Counted from the stretch's first letter, positions 1 to 13,120 are shown. The stretch is 64,000 nucleotides of DNA from Squalus acanthias (GCA_030390025.1 CM059433.1:744001-808000); one strand, 5' to 3'. Program-made: numbers and translations. The notes: generated by a model from the letters alone, not told the origin.

Positions 1-386
1 CAAGTCGGCAGTGCTGCCGCTGCCAGAGCTCGCTAGAGAAATGGAAACGAGGCAGATCGTGACGTCAATGAGTGTACAACACTCATTTGGTGCCTGATCT
101 GCCATTTTCGATGTCGCCACTCCACTTACCGCCCTCTCTTAATCACGACCAACTGACCAAGCATTCAGCAGCAGGAAGGAGCCCCCAGCAGTGCCATTGA
201 AAGGGACCATCATCAAATACTTGCAGCTGACGGTTTCTCAGTTTGATTGGCGCTGTCTAAGTTTCTGCAACTCTTGCAGCTTTCTAAATTGTTTAAAGTT
301 GCTGAGGTCACAAGGAGTGTTGGTGCAAGTGAAGAATGCCTTCATGCTCATTTAAAGACTTCTGCTCACACCACTTGCTCACAGTC

Positions 387-1414
387 ATGGGGGCTCTACT
401 TGCAGTCCCCCTCGCGCTCGAGTATCTTCGGGAGAGGGAGGGAAGGCAGCGAAGAGGAGGAGAACATGCTCACAGAGGGAGGAGGAGAAGGGCCAGGAGG
501 ACTCTCAACAGGAGGCCATACTCACCTTTGTCTTCAGCGAGCACTTCTCCTACCTTCAATTAAGAGAGGAGCAGTGTATTAGGAGGCTCTGCTTTACCAA
601 GGAGGTGGTTACAGAACTCTGCCACCTCCTGCAACCAGACCTGCAGCCTGAGAGCAGGGCATGACGGCTCTCCCAGTGGCCCTCAAGGTCACCGTGGCCC
701 TCAATTTCTTCGCCAGCGGATCCTTCCAGTCTGCAGCAGGAAACATATCTAACATCTCCCAGTTCGCCGTCCGTCGCTGCATCCGGGAGATCACAGAGGC
801 TCTCTACTCCAGGAGAAGGGACTTCATTGTCTTCTCTCTGAACAGAGAGAAGTAGGATGAGCACGCATGTGGCTTTGCCAGGATATCAGGCTTCCCCATG
901 GTGCAGGGGGCCATCGACTGCACACACGTGGCTTTGCGGGCAATGCATAACAATCCTAAGATGTTCCGTAACTGCAAAGGCTACCACTCACTTAATGTGC
1001 AGTTGTTGTGCGATCACGCCCAGCGCATCATGATGGTGAATGCCTGTTATCCTGGCAGCAGTCCTGATGCCTTCATCCTGCACCAGTCCGGTGTGCCAGC
1101 AATCTTCCAGCCACCACAGCAAACCCGAGGTTGGTTGCTCGGAGACCAGGGCTATCCGCTCTGCACCTGGCTAATGACTCCCCTCCACAACCCCACCACT
1201 CATGGCCAGCACTCATATAAAGACAGCCATGCTGCCACAAGAACATCATCGAGCAGACCATCGCTCAGGAGGAGCCCTCCAATACATGCCGGATCAGGTG
1301 TCCCATTTCGTCGTGGTCTGCTGCATGCTCCACAACTTGGCCATCATGAGGGCACAGCTCTTGCCACCAAGGACTGCGGGACCACCTCAGGGGGAGAAGG
1401 AGGGAGAGGAGGAG

Positions 1415-1446
<32 letters not shown>

Positions 1447-1593
1447 AGAGGAAGAGGAAGAGGAAGAAGAGGAAGATGAGGAGGAGGAGGAGGAGGAAGA
1501 GGAAGAGGAAGAGGAGGGAGGGAGGAGGCAGGCAGCAAATCCCCATTCCGGACGGGTTGTCCGTGAACGCCTCAACAGACTCTGATTCCAGTG
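387..1593 (+). pseudogene. Harbinger (HARBI1-like DDE) transposase pseudogene
   Basis: Motifs KVTVALNFFASGSFQ, GAIDCTH, GYHSLNVQ, WLLGDQGY and CCMLHN are split across frames. Premature TAG at 853-855; a deletion near 1260 removes the GVLKQRFRCLD segment. Confidence 0.92.
1397..1527 (+). repeat. (GAG/GAA)n poly-Glu tract in transposase C-terminus
   Basis: Direct inspection; the same tract is shorter in copies 2 and 3. Confidence 0.95.
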
Positions 1594-1812
1594 AATGAAA
1601 CCCCAGACTCCCGTTGCTCACCACATCCCCATCATACCACCCCTCTGTCACGGAACATCACAGCATCCTCTGGGGCACAAAGCTGAAATGAGAGAAACCA
1701 CGAAACACACATTCCAAACAAAAATCATACATTTATCTGAATCTAATCAAAATTACAATCAGCTCATCACCCGTGTGCATTCCCTTAGTGTCTGTCGTCC
1801 ATGTGCCTTTAC

Positions 1813-3635
1813 CTACTCTAGTGCTCCTGCGCGGTTCTCCCCAGTGGCTGCACCATGGCTGGTGGAAGGCTGCTGACTTTCAGTGGGAGAGACCTCAGAT
1901 GGCCTTGCACGACAACCTCGACCAGCTGTGGACCTAGAAGGCCCGGCTGTAGACTGCACCAGCTTGGCATGGGCGGCAGCAGTCTGAGCTGGCTGGCTGA
2001 TAGGCAGCGGCAAGGGCAATGGCGGAGTGGCAGTGGTGGGAGTAGGAATGTTGTCATCCTGAGAGAGGACAGCATGTTCTTGCTCCACAGACCCACTGCT
2101 ACTTCCCCAGGGCGGCACCTCAGCTTTCCTGGCAATCTGTTGGAGCACAGATTGCTGGCCTGCTGCGACACCCTGCAAGCCCCTTTCGAGACTTGTAAAT
2201 CCAGCAATGATGGCAGCAGTCTGAGCTTCCACTGCAGCACTGAGATATTGGGTCACTTCCATCTGTGCTGCAATGGAAGCTGTGACATCACCCATCGCAC
2301 GCAGCATCATGGCTGGGTCCACAAGGTGTCTCCTGGAGTTGTCCATCATTTCCATCCTGGCAATCATGGACTCCAAGCTCTGCCCAAAGCCCCATCCAAT
2401 GTTGGAGCCGGACTCCTCCATGCTCCTTGACACTGACAAGAGGCTCCCTGGCAGTCTTGCCACTGCACCTAGCATTTCTGTGTGCATACCCATCACTCTT
2501 TTCCTGAAGGCCGCTCCATCAAGGTCATCGTCTGAGTCCTGTGCAGCAGAATTCGTTCATGTACTCGCCCTCTGAGGAGCTGGCCCCCAAGCCACATTTT
2601 CTTTTCTGGCCTGGCTGCAGCCCACTCGTGCCCAGTACCTCACTGTGTGCAGATCCCACCTCTCTACTACCCTCTACATTCCGCGCAGTGCCATTTCCTG
2701 AGCTGGTGTCTGCGAGTGTCAGATGCAGTGACAGTGTGTCTTCTTCTTCTCCTCCTTCACTCTCCTCCAGGACATGAGGGACAGGCTGGGCTACTGGCAG
2801 TTCTTGGGTATCTGAAAGCAGAAAGGCACAAGGGTCAGGTTGTGGTCCAGGGGATGGGGAAAGCAAGATATCAATGCATACAGCATCAGCAGCTTGTAAG
2901 TGAGAAGAGATGAGGGGGAAGTGGGATGTGAGAAGAGGATTAGGAATGACCGTACCGTCATCCTCAGCAAGGGCTTCAACTTCTCTGGTGGCCACGGACT
3001 CCGTCACTGCCCCTCCAATAATGTCAAGCACTGATTCCTCCAGATCGGTGAGGTTCTGTATTGTGGCTTGGCCGTCTCCCATCTGCTGCTGCTTCCTCCT
3101 GCTCTGAGCCACCTTTGCCTGCAAGAGAAAGGGAAGTGTGTCAGTGAGTGTAGCGCAATATGTTTGGGTGATGTGCCTGCCATAGTTGAACAGCCGTTAG
3201 TGTGTGCAAGGTGTGAGATGTGGGTGTGAGTGTTGCAGCAGTGGTGAGGTTGTGAGGGTGAAGTGAAGCCATGATTGTGAGGTTTGAGTGGTGATAGGTA
3301 GAGATTGTTGGTAGGTGAGTGCTGGAGGTGTGGTGCATTGTGCGGTCTGTGAGGCTTGTGGTGCAGATGGTGGGATATGGCATTTGCTGAAGCCTTCACT
3401 CACCTTGACCTGCCGTGTGAGGTCATTAAACTTTTTCGGCACTGGATCCACGCCCATGGGACCACACTGGTGGCCATGGCGAAGTCAGCTATCTCCTCCC
3501 ACAGCCTTCTGCCTTGGATGGCCTCCTGCCTTCCTGCGGGTACAGGACAGCCTGCCTTCGTTGTGCGGCCAGGACTAAGGCCTCTAGTGCAGCATCTGAA
3601 AACCTTCCTGCTTGCTCCCTTGGTTGCTGAGCCAT
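1813..3635 (-). pseudogene. Harbinger Myb/SANT-like DNA-binding gene, 3 exons (3635-3404, 3118-2956, 2811-~1813), frameshifted
   Basis: MAQQPREQAGRFSDAALEALV...LWEEIA...WIQCRKKFNDL; GT-AG introns; 163-nt exon 2 as in copies 2 and 3. Confidence 0.85.
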
Positions 3636-3961
3636 GGATTGCTCTACAATGACAATGAGGTGCTTCTGCAACAGAGTGCCTCCCCTTTAAGTAGTGCAGG
3701 GAGCCTGGGCCAAACATTATTGGCCCCGATATTGGCTCCCCCATACAGCACTGAACCAACCAGCAGCGCATTTAGCACTGAGATCAGCGCTCCAATCATT
3801 ATAATGAGCCAGCAACACGGATTTTGCGTGCTGCCTGCACCACTTTGAACGGGCGCAGGCAAATAGCGCTGGCCGGTGACACCACCTGCTTTCGGGCCAG
3901 ATCCAATTTCTAGAGCTCTGATTCTATGTCAGCTGGGGCAGTGCTAGAAGTGCTATAATTA

Positions 3962-4700
3962 GGGGTTGATTTTAACCCTGAGCATGTTTTGGGCAGTAGG
4001 GGTGTGGGGGGTGGGGGAGGGGGAAGGGAATGGTGGGCAGGGCGAGTAACGCACTCTTTGGCCTAAGTTTCAGGTTTAGGTTATCAATAATCCTGGGCCT
4101 TATCTACGTGGCGCCACTCAGCTGCCCACCTGAAACGGGTGGAAATGGTAGCTGGCTGGTGGGCTGACTAGCGGCTGCTGGCCGACACTAGAGGAAGGTT
4201 CATGATAATCAGGTAAGTCTGGGGTAGGGGTGGGGGGGGGCGCGTTTAGCATGGTCTTGTGGGCCGGAGGAGCGGAGTCCTTTGCAGGGGAAACTGTGTC
4301 TTTCCTTGCATGGCACAGGCTGGAAGGGCCGAATGGCCTCCTTCTGTGCTGTAACCATTCTATGATTCTTTGATTGTGGGGCTCAGAGGCTCTTCCTGGT
4401 CGTAGAAAGGAAAGGTTTACAATGACCTTGGAGGACCTCTTCTGTCCACCAGTCTGCCTCATCCTGGTGAGGTGGCTTCCTCGCTCAGACCCCAGTTAAA
4501 ATGCAATTGACGTAATAGAACCCCAATTTACATATATTCATGAGGCCCACCCACCTCCTTTCGGGGGGCACCTTGTTCGCCTGTAGCATCCTGCTGGTTA
4601 AAATCCAAACTGACACGAAAGGGTCAGAATCTGAACGGGTAAGTAATCTGCTCATTCTTAACAGTCCATTCGTCAGACGGGTAGGGTTAAAATTGACTCC
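3962..4700. mobile_element. Non-autonomous Harbinger-type MITE
   Basis: TIRs ggggttgattttaaccct / agggttaaaattgactcc with TTA on both flanks; carries a short CR1 3'-end piece at ~4310-4372. Confidence 0.8.
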
Positions 4701-4906
4701 TTAGTCTCAGTGTCCTTGATTAAGAAGAGAAATAACAGCGAAAGTTTCTGCTCCTGAATGTTATTCAGCGACCCCTGCTGGCAATGCACACGAGGTCACA
4801 AGGTCAGGACCGGATCAGATTAGGATGAGACACTCCCCCAGTTGAAACACCAATCACTGTCAAGTCCAGCGCAAGAGTAACAGTTACTTGAGGAAGGTAC
4901 CAGAGG

Positions 4907-5227
4907 GCTGCTTGTTCCTACGGGACCGTACCCCAGCTGCTTGTTCCTGCGGGACCGTACCCCAGCTGCTTGTTCCTGCGGGACCGTACCCCAGCTGCTT
5001 GTTCCTGCGGGACCGTACCCCAGCTGCTTGTTCCTGCGGGACCGTACCCCAGCTGCTTGTTCCTGCGGGACCGTACCCCAGCTGCTTGTTCCTGCGGGAC
5101 CGTACCCCAGCTGCTTGTTCCTGCGGGACCGTACCCCAGCTGCTTGTTCCTGCGGGACCGTACCCCAGCTGCTTGTTCCTACGGGACCGTACCCCAGCTG
5201 CTTGTTCCTACGGGACCGTACCCCAGC
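4907..5227 (+). repeat. 29-bp minisatellite, ~11 copies (gctgcttgttcctgcgggaccgtacccca)
   Basis: Direct inspection. Confidence 0.97.
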
Positions 5228-5414
5228 AAGGACTCAACAGCTTCAGGTGTGATGGGGAGTGGAGAAAATCGGCAAGAAAATAAAAATAAAACTGTTGGGA
5301 ATGAATCGTTTTATGACTGCATTTCAAAAACAAATCTGTTGAAGATAATCATGTGGCAGAAATGTTGTTCCAACCCGAAGCCCTTCTGCCTCCAGGAAAC
5401 TCAGCATTGTTGGA

Positions 5415-6892
5415 GACAATAGGAGCACAGGAACCGGAGGAGGCCATTGAGCTCTTCAAGCCTGTTCCGCCATTCAATGAGATCATGACTGATCTGTACT
5501 TCAACTCCACTTTAGATCCAGATCTGATACCTGTACCAAATGAAAAATCTTAATCTTGAAAATTTTAATTGACCTAGCATTTGGAGGAGAGAATTCCAAA
5601 TTTCCACGAGTCTTTGTATTAAACAGTGCTTCCTGATTTCACTCCTAAATGCCTTAGCTCTAATTTTAAGATTAAGCCCCCTTGTTCTGGATTCCACCAC
5701 CAGATGAAATAGTTTCTCTGTATCTACCCTGTCAAATCCCTTTATCATTTTAAGCACCTCAATTAGATCAACCTTCTATACTCAAGGGAATATAAGCCAA
5801 GTTTATGCAGCATGCCCTCATAATTTAACATTTTAAGCTTTGGTATTATTCTGGTGAATCTGTAACCCCTCCAAGGTCAATATGTCTTTCCTGAGGTGCG
5901 GTGCCTAAACCTGAACCCAGTGCTCCAGATGGGGTCTGACCAAAGCTTTGTACAACTGAAGCATCAATTCCTCACTTTTGTATTTCAGCCCCTTTGAGAT
6001 AAAGGACAACATTCCATTAGCCTTTTTGATTAGATTTTGTACCAGTCCACTAGCTTTTAGTGATTTTTGTACATAGACACCTAAATCTCTTTGCTCTTAT
6101 ATTAAATCCAATAAATTCCTCCACTTGATTTATTTGTATGTTCCCCATACCACTGCACTTTGGTCTTCTTCCTCGACTGTGAAAACAGATACAATGGCCC
6201 TGAGTTTGCAGTCGGAGGCTCCCTGCAGGAAAATGCCTCCGATCCGCAAATAAAATGCCCACGTACCTAGTTTTATCCGGCGTAAGAATTTCACGGGCAT
6301 TCGCTGGGCAGAAGTTAAGCAAATAGCCCAACTCTCTGCCCGCGGATGCCCTTTTCCCGGGATGCATTGGATCTGTGAAGAAAATTCTTGACAGATCGCA
6401 AGCTCCGGGTTTTTGCGCATGCGCTTCGCACCTCCTTCGTGCCTGTAGGGGCCGCAGATTACGACCCAATGTACTCGTTTAACAAGTCTGCCTTTCCTTA
6501 TTATCCATTATAGTCTCAGATGTATCTGTCTTTAATGGACTCACGTTCCCCTTACCACTCTCTCTTAATATGTTTATAAAAACGTTTACTTTTAGTTTTG
6601 ATAGCCCACGCAAGTTTTTTTGTCGTATTCTCTTATTGCACCTCATTACTTTGTGTTTATACCTTTGTTGCTTTTTATAGTTCTCCCAGTTGGCTGGATT
6701 CCCACTTTTCCTCGTATTTGTGTAAGCTTTTTCTTTTAGCTTGATTCTGTTTCTTACCTCATTTGTTGACCAGGGCTGCTTAACTGCACAGGCGGAGCGT
6801 TTGCCTTTTAGAGGTATGTACTGTTTTTTTATTGTACCAAATACTTACCATAGTTTGTCTGCAGATTTACCCATTAACAGTTTCTCCCGGTT
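5415..6892 (-). mobile_element. Degraded CR1 LINE (RT C-terminus and 3' UTR)
   Basis: ORF remnant KGFDRVDTEKLF...FRSEIRKH...RLVEIWNSL; CR1 3' UTR at 5415-5500. Confidence 0.85.
6196..6467. mobile_element. Short Harbinger-type MITE nested in CR1
   Basis: Ends ggccctgagtttgc / gcagattacgaccc, flanked by AAT on both sides. Confidence 0.7.
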
Positions 6893-8350
6893 TAATCATA
6901 GAATCATAGAAAGTTACAGCACGGAAGGAGGCCATTTCGGCCTATCGTGTCCACGCCGGCCAACAAAGAGCTATCCAGCCTAATCCCACTTCCTAGCTCT
7001 TGGTCCATAGCCCTGCAGGTTACAGCATCCCAAGTGCGCATCCAAGTACTTTTTAAATGTGGTTAGGGTTCCTGCCTCTACCACCCTTTCAGGCAGTGAG
7101 TTCCAGACCCCCACCACCCTCTGGGTGAAGAAATTTCCCCTCAAATCCCCTCTAAACCTTCCCCCAATTACTTTAAATCTGTGCCCCCTGGTTTTTGACC
7201 CCTCTGCTAAGGGAAATAGGTCCTTTCTATCCACTTTATCTAGGTCCCTCATAATTTTATACACCTCAATAAGGTCTCCCCTCAGCCTCCACTGTTCCAG
7301 ACCCAGCCTATCCAGTCTTTCCTCATAGCTAAGATTCTCTACTCCCGGCAACATCCTTGTAAATCTCCTCTGTACCCTCTCTAGTGCAATCACATCTTTC
7401 CTGTAATGTGGTGACCAGAACTGCATGCAGTACTCTAGCTGAGGCCTAACTAGTGTTTTATACAGTTGAAGCATAACCCCCCTGCTCTTGTATTCTATGC
7501 CACGGCTAATAAAGGCAAGCATTCCGTATGCCTTCTTAACCACCTTATCTACTTGGCCTGCTACCTTCAGGGATCTGTGGACATGCACTCCAAGGTCCCT
7601 TTGTTCCTCTGCACTACTCAGTGTCCTACCATTTAATGTGTATTCCCTTTCCTTGTTAGCCCTCCCCAAATACATTACCTCACACTTCTCTGGATTAAAT
7701 TCCATTTGCCACTGTTCTGCCCACCTGACCAATTTATTGATATCTTCCTGCAGTCTACAGCTTCCTTCTTCAGTATCAACCAGACAGCCGATTTTACTAT
7801 CATCTGCAAACTTCTTAATCATACCCCCCATATTCAAGTCTAGATCATTGATATAAACCACAAAAAGCAAGGGACCTAGTACTGAGCCCTGCGGAACCCC
7901 ACTGGAAACAGCCTTCCAGTCAATAAAACACCCATCAACCATTACCCTCTGCTTCCTGTCTCCGAGCCAGTTTTGAATCCAACTTGACACTTTGCCCTGG
8001 ATCCTATGGGCTTTTAACTTCGTGACCAGTCTGCCATGTGGAACCGTATCAGAAGCCTTGCTAAAGTCCATATACACTACATCAAACGCACTACACTCAT
8101 CTACCCTCCTTGTTACCACCTCAAAAAATTCAATCAAGTTTGTGGGCAATATATTTCTCATCCCTTCGAAGTTTGCCTTACTTAAATTTAACACTTTGGT
8201 TTGGGACTCTCCCTTCTCCCTCTCAAACCTTAAATCAAATTCAATCATATTATGGTCGCTATTCGCAAGATGCTCCCTCACTGTCAGATTGTTAATTAAT
8301 TCTGGTCCGTTACTCATCATTGAATCTAGTATGGCCTGTTCCCTTGTCAT
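6893..8350 (-). mobile_element. CR1 LINE, 5'-truncated and internally deleted (ORF 6980-8350)
   Basis: Endonuclease tail SDHNMIEF is fused to RT motifs [10 protein letters not shown] and KFADD; 3' tail (atagaatc)n. Confidence 0.95.
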
Positions 8351-9548
8351 AATCTACACTATTCATACAATATAGGACCTCTGTCTTTGGATGCAATCCA
8401 GAGCGTCTATAAATGAAATAGCATATCACAGATATCACCCTATAAATGGCGAGATGTGATCTTACTGTACAAGATCTTAAGGTACTCATGTGACATTACT
8501 ATAATGGGGGCCTTAAATAAATGGGTTGTGTCCCTCATTGAAACAGTGGACAGAGTAATGTCATATGAATGCTTTAAATACTTGTACAATAAGACCGTGC
8601 ACAGTAATTTCTAGGCTCTAATGCTGTAGGTGACCTCTATTAGTTCAAATGGTGTAATGTCACAGACAGTGCTAGCAATGGGATACTGCATTGCAATGCT
8701 ACTGCTGCTCTCTGGTACAAATGCTAAATCATTCCATTTCTAACAGTAGTTTCATAATTTCCGAAATAACCCGGCCATGATCTCTGTGTACTTGAGCTGA
8801 CTGTACAATGCCATCAGCAAATAGAGTATTGCAATAAATGTTGAATGACCATAAAAATGATTTGCATTAAATAGCTGCAGAAGTTCAAACAGTGTCAATA
8901 TGTATTCATTTTACAGTAATTATAGTAAATATATTGGTCAATATAAAACCTAATAAAAGAGTTACAATGCTAAAGTAGGCTCCTGACAATGAGATCCATG
9001 TTGAAGCCAGTCTCACCACTGATAAATCAATGATATTCCACCAAATTGTAGACATGAAACAAAGTGACAACTGATGAACCAAAAGGAGTTTTGGGGTAAT
9101 TTCGTTTCCTGTTCAGTTCTGCCTTATTTCAAAATGGTTGTTTCATATCTCGAGAATCTAATGTGAATCAGGTGTTGAGAACTGGTATACAACCTACCAG
9201 AATAGTAATGTGATAATAGCCTTCAATTTTTTACAATTATTCCCAGGTTCAAGTACAAACTTGAATGGGTGCATGGAGCATCCTCGCTGTGGGAGCAAAC
9301 ATAAAGTGAGATATAAAGGGATGGGGACAATTAAAGGGTACTGTCACAACACAGTGACAACAATTCTGAAAGCTTTTGGAAGGGGAATCTTGACCCATTT
9401 GTCAAATCTGAAGAAGTGGGGGACTAAGAAATGGCAGGTAAAAATGAAGGTAAAGGAAATTAAAGATGCAGGCATGAGTCTGCAGGCATGCAACAGAGCA
9501 GCCCAGTACTCAACCCTGGTTTGATGGATACTAAAGTGAAGGTGGTGC

Positions 9549-9940
9549 TTCATGAGAGGTGGGAAGAGATCACAGAGGCATTACTACACATATTTAATAA
9601 TTCGTTAGAACAAGGTGTAGTGCCAGAGGACTGGCAGATCGCTAACGTAATACCTATATTTAAGAAGGGAGATAGAACATGTCCAGGAAACTATAGACCA
9701 GTCAGCTTAACATTGCTGGTAGGAAAAATAATGGAATCCCTACTAAGGGAGAAAATAGAAGAACATCTAGAAACCAAAGATATAATAATGAATGGAAAAA
9801 GGGAACGTCTTGCTTGACCAACCTCATTGAATTTTTTGAAGAGGTAACAGAGAGAGTAGACAAGGGTAATGTAGTAGATGTCATTTATCTAGATTTTCAA
9901 AAGGCCTTTGATAAGATACCACATAATAGACTAATGAATA
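9549..9940 (+). mobile_element. CR1 RT fragment
   Basis: VPEDWQIANVIPIFKKGDR...[17 protein letters not shown]; same family as 18945-21430. Confidence 0.9.
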
Positions 9941-9960
9941 TCCCCTCAGCCTCCACTGTT

Positions 9961-10348
9961 ATAAGGGGCTGCTCTTTCAAAACTGAGATGAGGAGAAACT
10001 TCTTCACTCAGAGGGTAGTAGGTCTGTGGAATTTGCTGCCCCAGGAAGCTGTGGAAGCTACATCATTAAATAAATTTAAAACAGAAATAGACAGTTTCCT
10101 AGAAGTAAAGGGAATTAGGGGTTACGGGGAGCGGGCAGGAAATTGGACATGAGGCTGAGTTCGGATCGGTCAAGGCCCTGTGGGTGGCGGAGCGGGCCCA
10201 GGGGCTGAGTGGCCGGGTCCTGCTCCTACTTCTTGTGTTCTTTAGATTTGAGGTTAGGATCAGATCAGCCATGATCTTATTGAATGGCGGAGCAGGCTCG
10301 AGGGGCTGATTGGCCTACTCCTGCTCCTATTTCTTATGTTCTTATGTT
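9961..10348 (+). mobile_element. CR1 3' end with UTR and (ttcttatg)n tail
   Basis: RRNFFTQRVVGLWN...GYGERAGNWT followed by the CR1 3' UTR. Confidence 0.9.
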
Positions 10349-10717
10349 CCAGACCCAGCCTATCCAGTCTTTCCTCATAGCTAAGATTCTCTACTCCCGG
10401 CAACATCCTTGTAAATCTCCTCTGTACCCTCTCTAGTGCAATCATATCTTTCCTGTAATGTGGTGACCAGAACTGCACACAGTACTCTAGCTGAATTCCA
10501 TTTGCCACTGTTCTGCCCACCTGACCAATTTATTGATATCTTCCTGCAGTCTACAGCTTCCTTCTTCAGTATCAACCACACAGCCGATTTTAGCATCATC
10601 TGCAAACTTCTTAATCATACCCCCTATATTCAAGTCTAGATCATTGATATAAACCACAAAAAGCAAGGGACCTCGTACTGAGCCCTGCGGAACCCCACTG
10701 GAAACAGCCTTCCAGTC
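10349..10717 (-). mobile_element. CR1 fragment nearly identical to part of 7297-7921
   Basis: Near-identical sequence with one additional internal deletion. Confidence 0.9.
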
Positions 10718-10719
10718 AC

Positions 10720-11537
10720 ATTTAATAGGGCCGGGTAACGTGCTGGGCGGGCTTAATAGGCTCCATTAGTGCAAAGTCGATTTCTGGAGCGGGATGGAAG
10801 CAGCAATGGGGTCGTAACCCGCCACGCCGACTGCCCACACCGGAACCGCCCAGGTACAGAAAATTCCGGCCTATGTCTCCGGTAGCGCCCTGGAAGGAAC
10901 CAGAAGCAAAACAATTGTGGGGGTTGGCGACTTTCACAGTCACTGGTAATGCATGGTCACCAGTTCCAGCAGGTAGCAGGTCTTCTTCTAGGAGGCTGCA
11001 GATGTCTGTGGCTATCTGATGTGACAATCTCAGCCTGCTGATGGTCTTCATCTTCGTACCTCCCATCTTGCTGGTGTCTGTTTAAAAGCCTCTAAAGTTC
11101 TCCAACACCTGTATGGTGAAAGGACTCTATGCTAAACGTTTGCCAGACAGAACTTACAAAACCGCTGTAAGAACGGTACCTTTACTCGCTTTGGGCTATC
11201 TGAAGTTGATAGACCCCCATGAAGTGCATCTGCAACTCGCCTCCTTTTTATGGTCAGTTTCCTGAGGCCCGGGAAACCCGTGCTGGAGGCGTTAAAATCA
11301 GAAGTAAAGTTAAATTCCTGTGAAAAGACCCTCATTTGTATTCAATTATCACCTTAAATTCTGTCTCCACTGCCCACCCGCTGTGCTAATGATGCCGCTG
11401 ACTCCAGTGAGCAGGGTACTCACAAGTAGCCAAAGTGAAATGTGGAAGTCGTGTTGCAGTGGCGATTATTTTTTCGCTGAATATAACTACACGCCCGATC
11501 CCAACCCACCCATTCTTGCCTGTTAAAATTACCGCCA
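10720..11537 (-). mobile_element. Deleted Harbinger derivative with transposase remnant
   Basis: RLRLS...DICSLLEEDL...ALPVTVKV...FASGSFQGATGDI; TIR-like end gttaaaattaccgcc. Confidence 0.75.
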
Positions 11538-11544
11538 TAGTTTG

Positions 11545-11980
11545 ATATCAGCTGTAAATTTAACCACTTTGTGTTGAGTTTCTGAATCCAAGCCATTTAT
11601 GTAAATTAGAAACAGTCATGGTCCCGACAACAAACCCCACTCGGTACTTCTCCCCACCCTGACATAAATTCCTAAACTTATATTCATTTTCTACCTTTCA
11701 GCCTATTTCTTATCCAGTCTCTAGGTGTATCCTGAATACTCACAGCTTTGTATTTAACTAATAACCTTTTGTCAAATGCCTTTTGGAAGTCTGGGTGCAC
11801 TATGTCCTAGGGCTTGCACTGTCCGTTCGGGATGTCTCTTCCTCAGATGTTGAGGAGTTTGGTCAGACAGGTTTTCCATCTAATGACTGCTGTTTATTGT
11901 ACAGAAAATCCTCAAGCTTATTTCTGATAATCAATTCCATTATTTTACATGGAATGAAATAAGACTAATGGGTCTGTAGG
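11545..11980 (-). mobile_element. Old, degenerate CR1 RT fragment
   Basis: tcaaatgccttttggaagtc (DFQKAFD) and gactaatgggtctgtag (YRPISL) on the minus strand. Confidence 0.65.
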
Positions 11981-12992
11981 TGTGCCAGGACCGGTAAATA
12001 TAGTTGGTGACATATTGGTAGGTGCAGCCAATCAGGCTATGCTGGCTGTTAATCACCCTGGTTTGTTTTCTTTTATCAATGCTACTGAAAGCAGGACATA
12101 CTGTGATTGGGGTATTTCCAGGGAAATAACCAACATTATGGTTAGTCAGGCATTCACATATCTTATTAGTGCAATTGGCTCTGATGTCACAGCTTCCTTT
12201 GGGAATAACAGTCTCTCCATCCACCAATCATCTGCCAAAGTGTGGTATGTTTATCTTTGTTGGTGGGCGCAGGTATGCATTAGTACTGGTGGGTGGGCAC
12301 AGAGTGCGTCTCGTGAAGCCTGATCTGCCTGGCATCCCTTCATTGGCCCTCCTCTTCTTCCAAACATCTGAGATTGCGGGATTCCCACTGGGATATTAAT
12401 TGGTGCCAGTGATGGAGCAAAAAATTAACTGACAAAGGCCAAATACTAGATGGGAAAAAAACAGGCCACAATGGCCCAGAAACACCGACCCTTACATTAC
12501 TGTACCCTTTAAATTAACTCCTTTCCATTTCACAATCCCTGCCAATCCTGGATGCCTAGTTGTTGGGAACATAGTTAAGAATGGAAGTCCTGTCTGTACA
12601 AATGTAAAAAGAGACCGCGTGTGTGCATTCTCCTGATTTCAAACCCTTCTCAAATTGTAAACCCCTTTGGAAGTATACTATGGAATGAACATCAAATAAT
12701 TCATATTTTTATATATATTTAAAAAATGTTAATGAAAGTATTGAGATTTGTGCATATTTTGTTTTATATTTATAAATAAGCCCACTAGATCCACTCAGGC
12801 AATTACATGGGTTGCACAGTCCTAATGTTAAGAGAAAATTGGAGAGAGAAAAATAAAGAATTGTGGACAGCATCAATTCAAAGATTCAAAATGTGCAAGA
12901 CTTGGTTGAAGTTTGCAAAGCAGTTTTGGGTCAACCATCGTGGACAGTGAGACCAAAATGGCACTGAAGCAAATGTCAATAATAATGCAATA

Positions 12993-13120
12993 GCAAAATA
13001 CTGTGGATGCTGGAAATCTGAACTAACAACAGAAAATGCTGGAAACACTCAGCAGGCCAGGCAGCATCCGTGGAGAGAGAAACAGAGTTAACGTTTCAGG
13101 TCAGAGCATTTTCTGTTGTT
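12993..13120. repeat. Short interspersed element, probably Penelope-derived
   Basis: aaatactgtggatgctggaaatctg...acagaaaatgct with an internal inverted copy agcattttctgtt; related copy at 40290-40513. Confidence 0.55.

Larger units (their letters stand above)
1..3916 (+). mobile_element. PIF/Harbinger DNA transposon, copy 1 (decayed; left end outside window)
   Basis: Transposase remnant on + and Myb/SANT-like gene on -, convergent. The right end ...ccaatttctagagc resembles the GGGGTAGAAATT-type TIR of the other copies; exact boundary uncertain. Confidence 0.88.

Noticed and set aside
4888..5422. Repetitive Cys-rich protein ORFs
   Set aside because: Artefact of a stop-free 29-bp tandem repeat.
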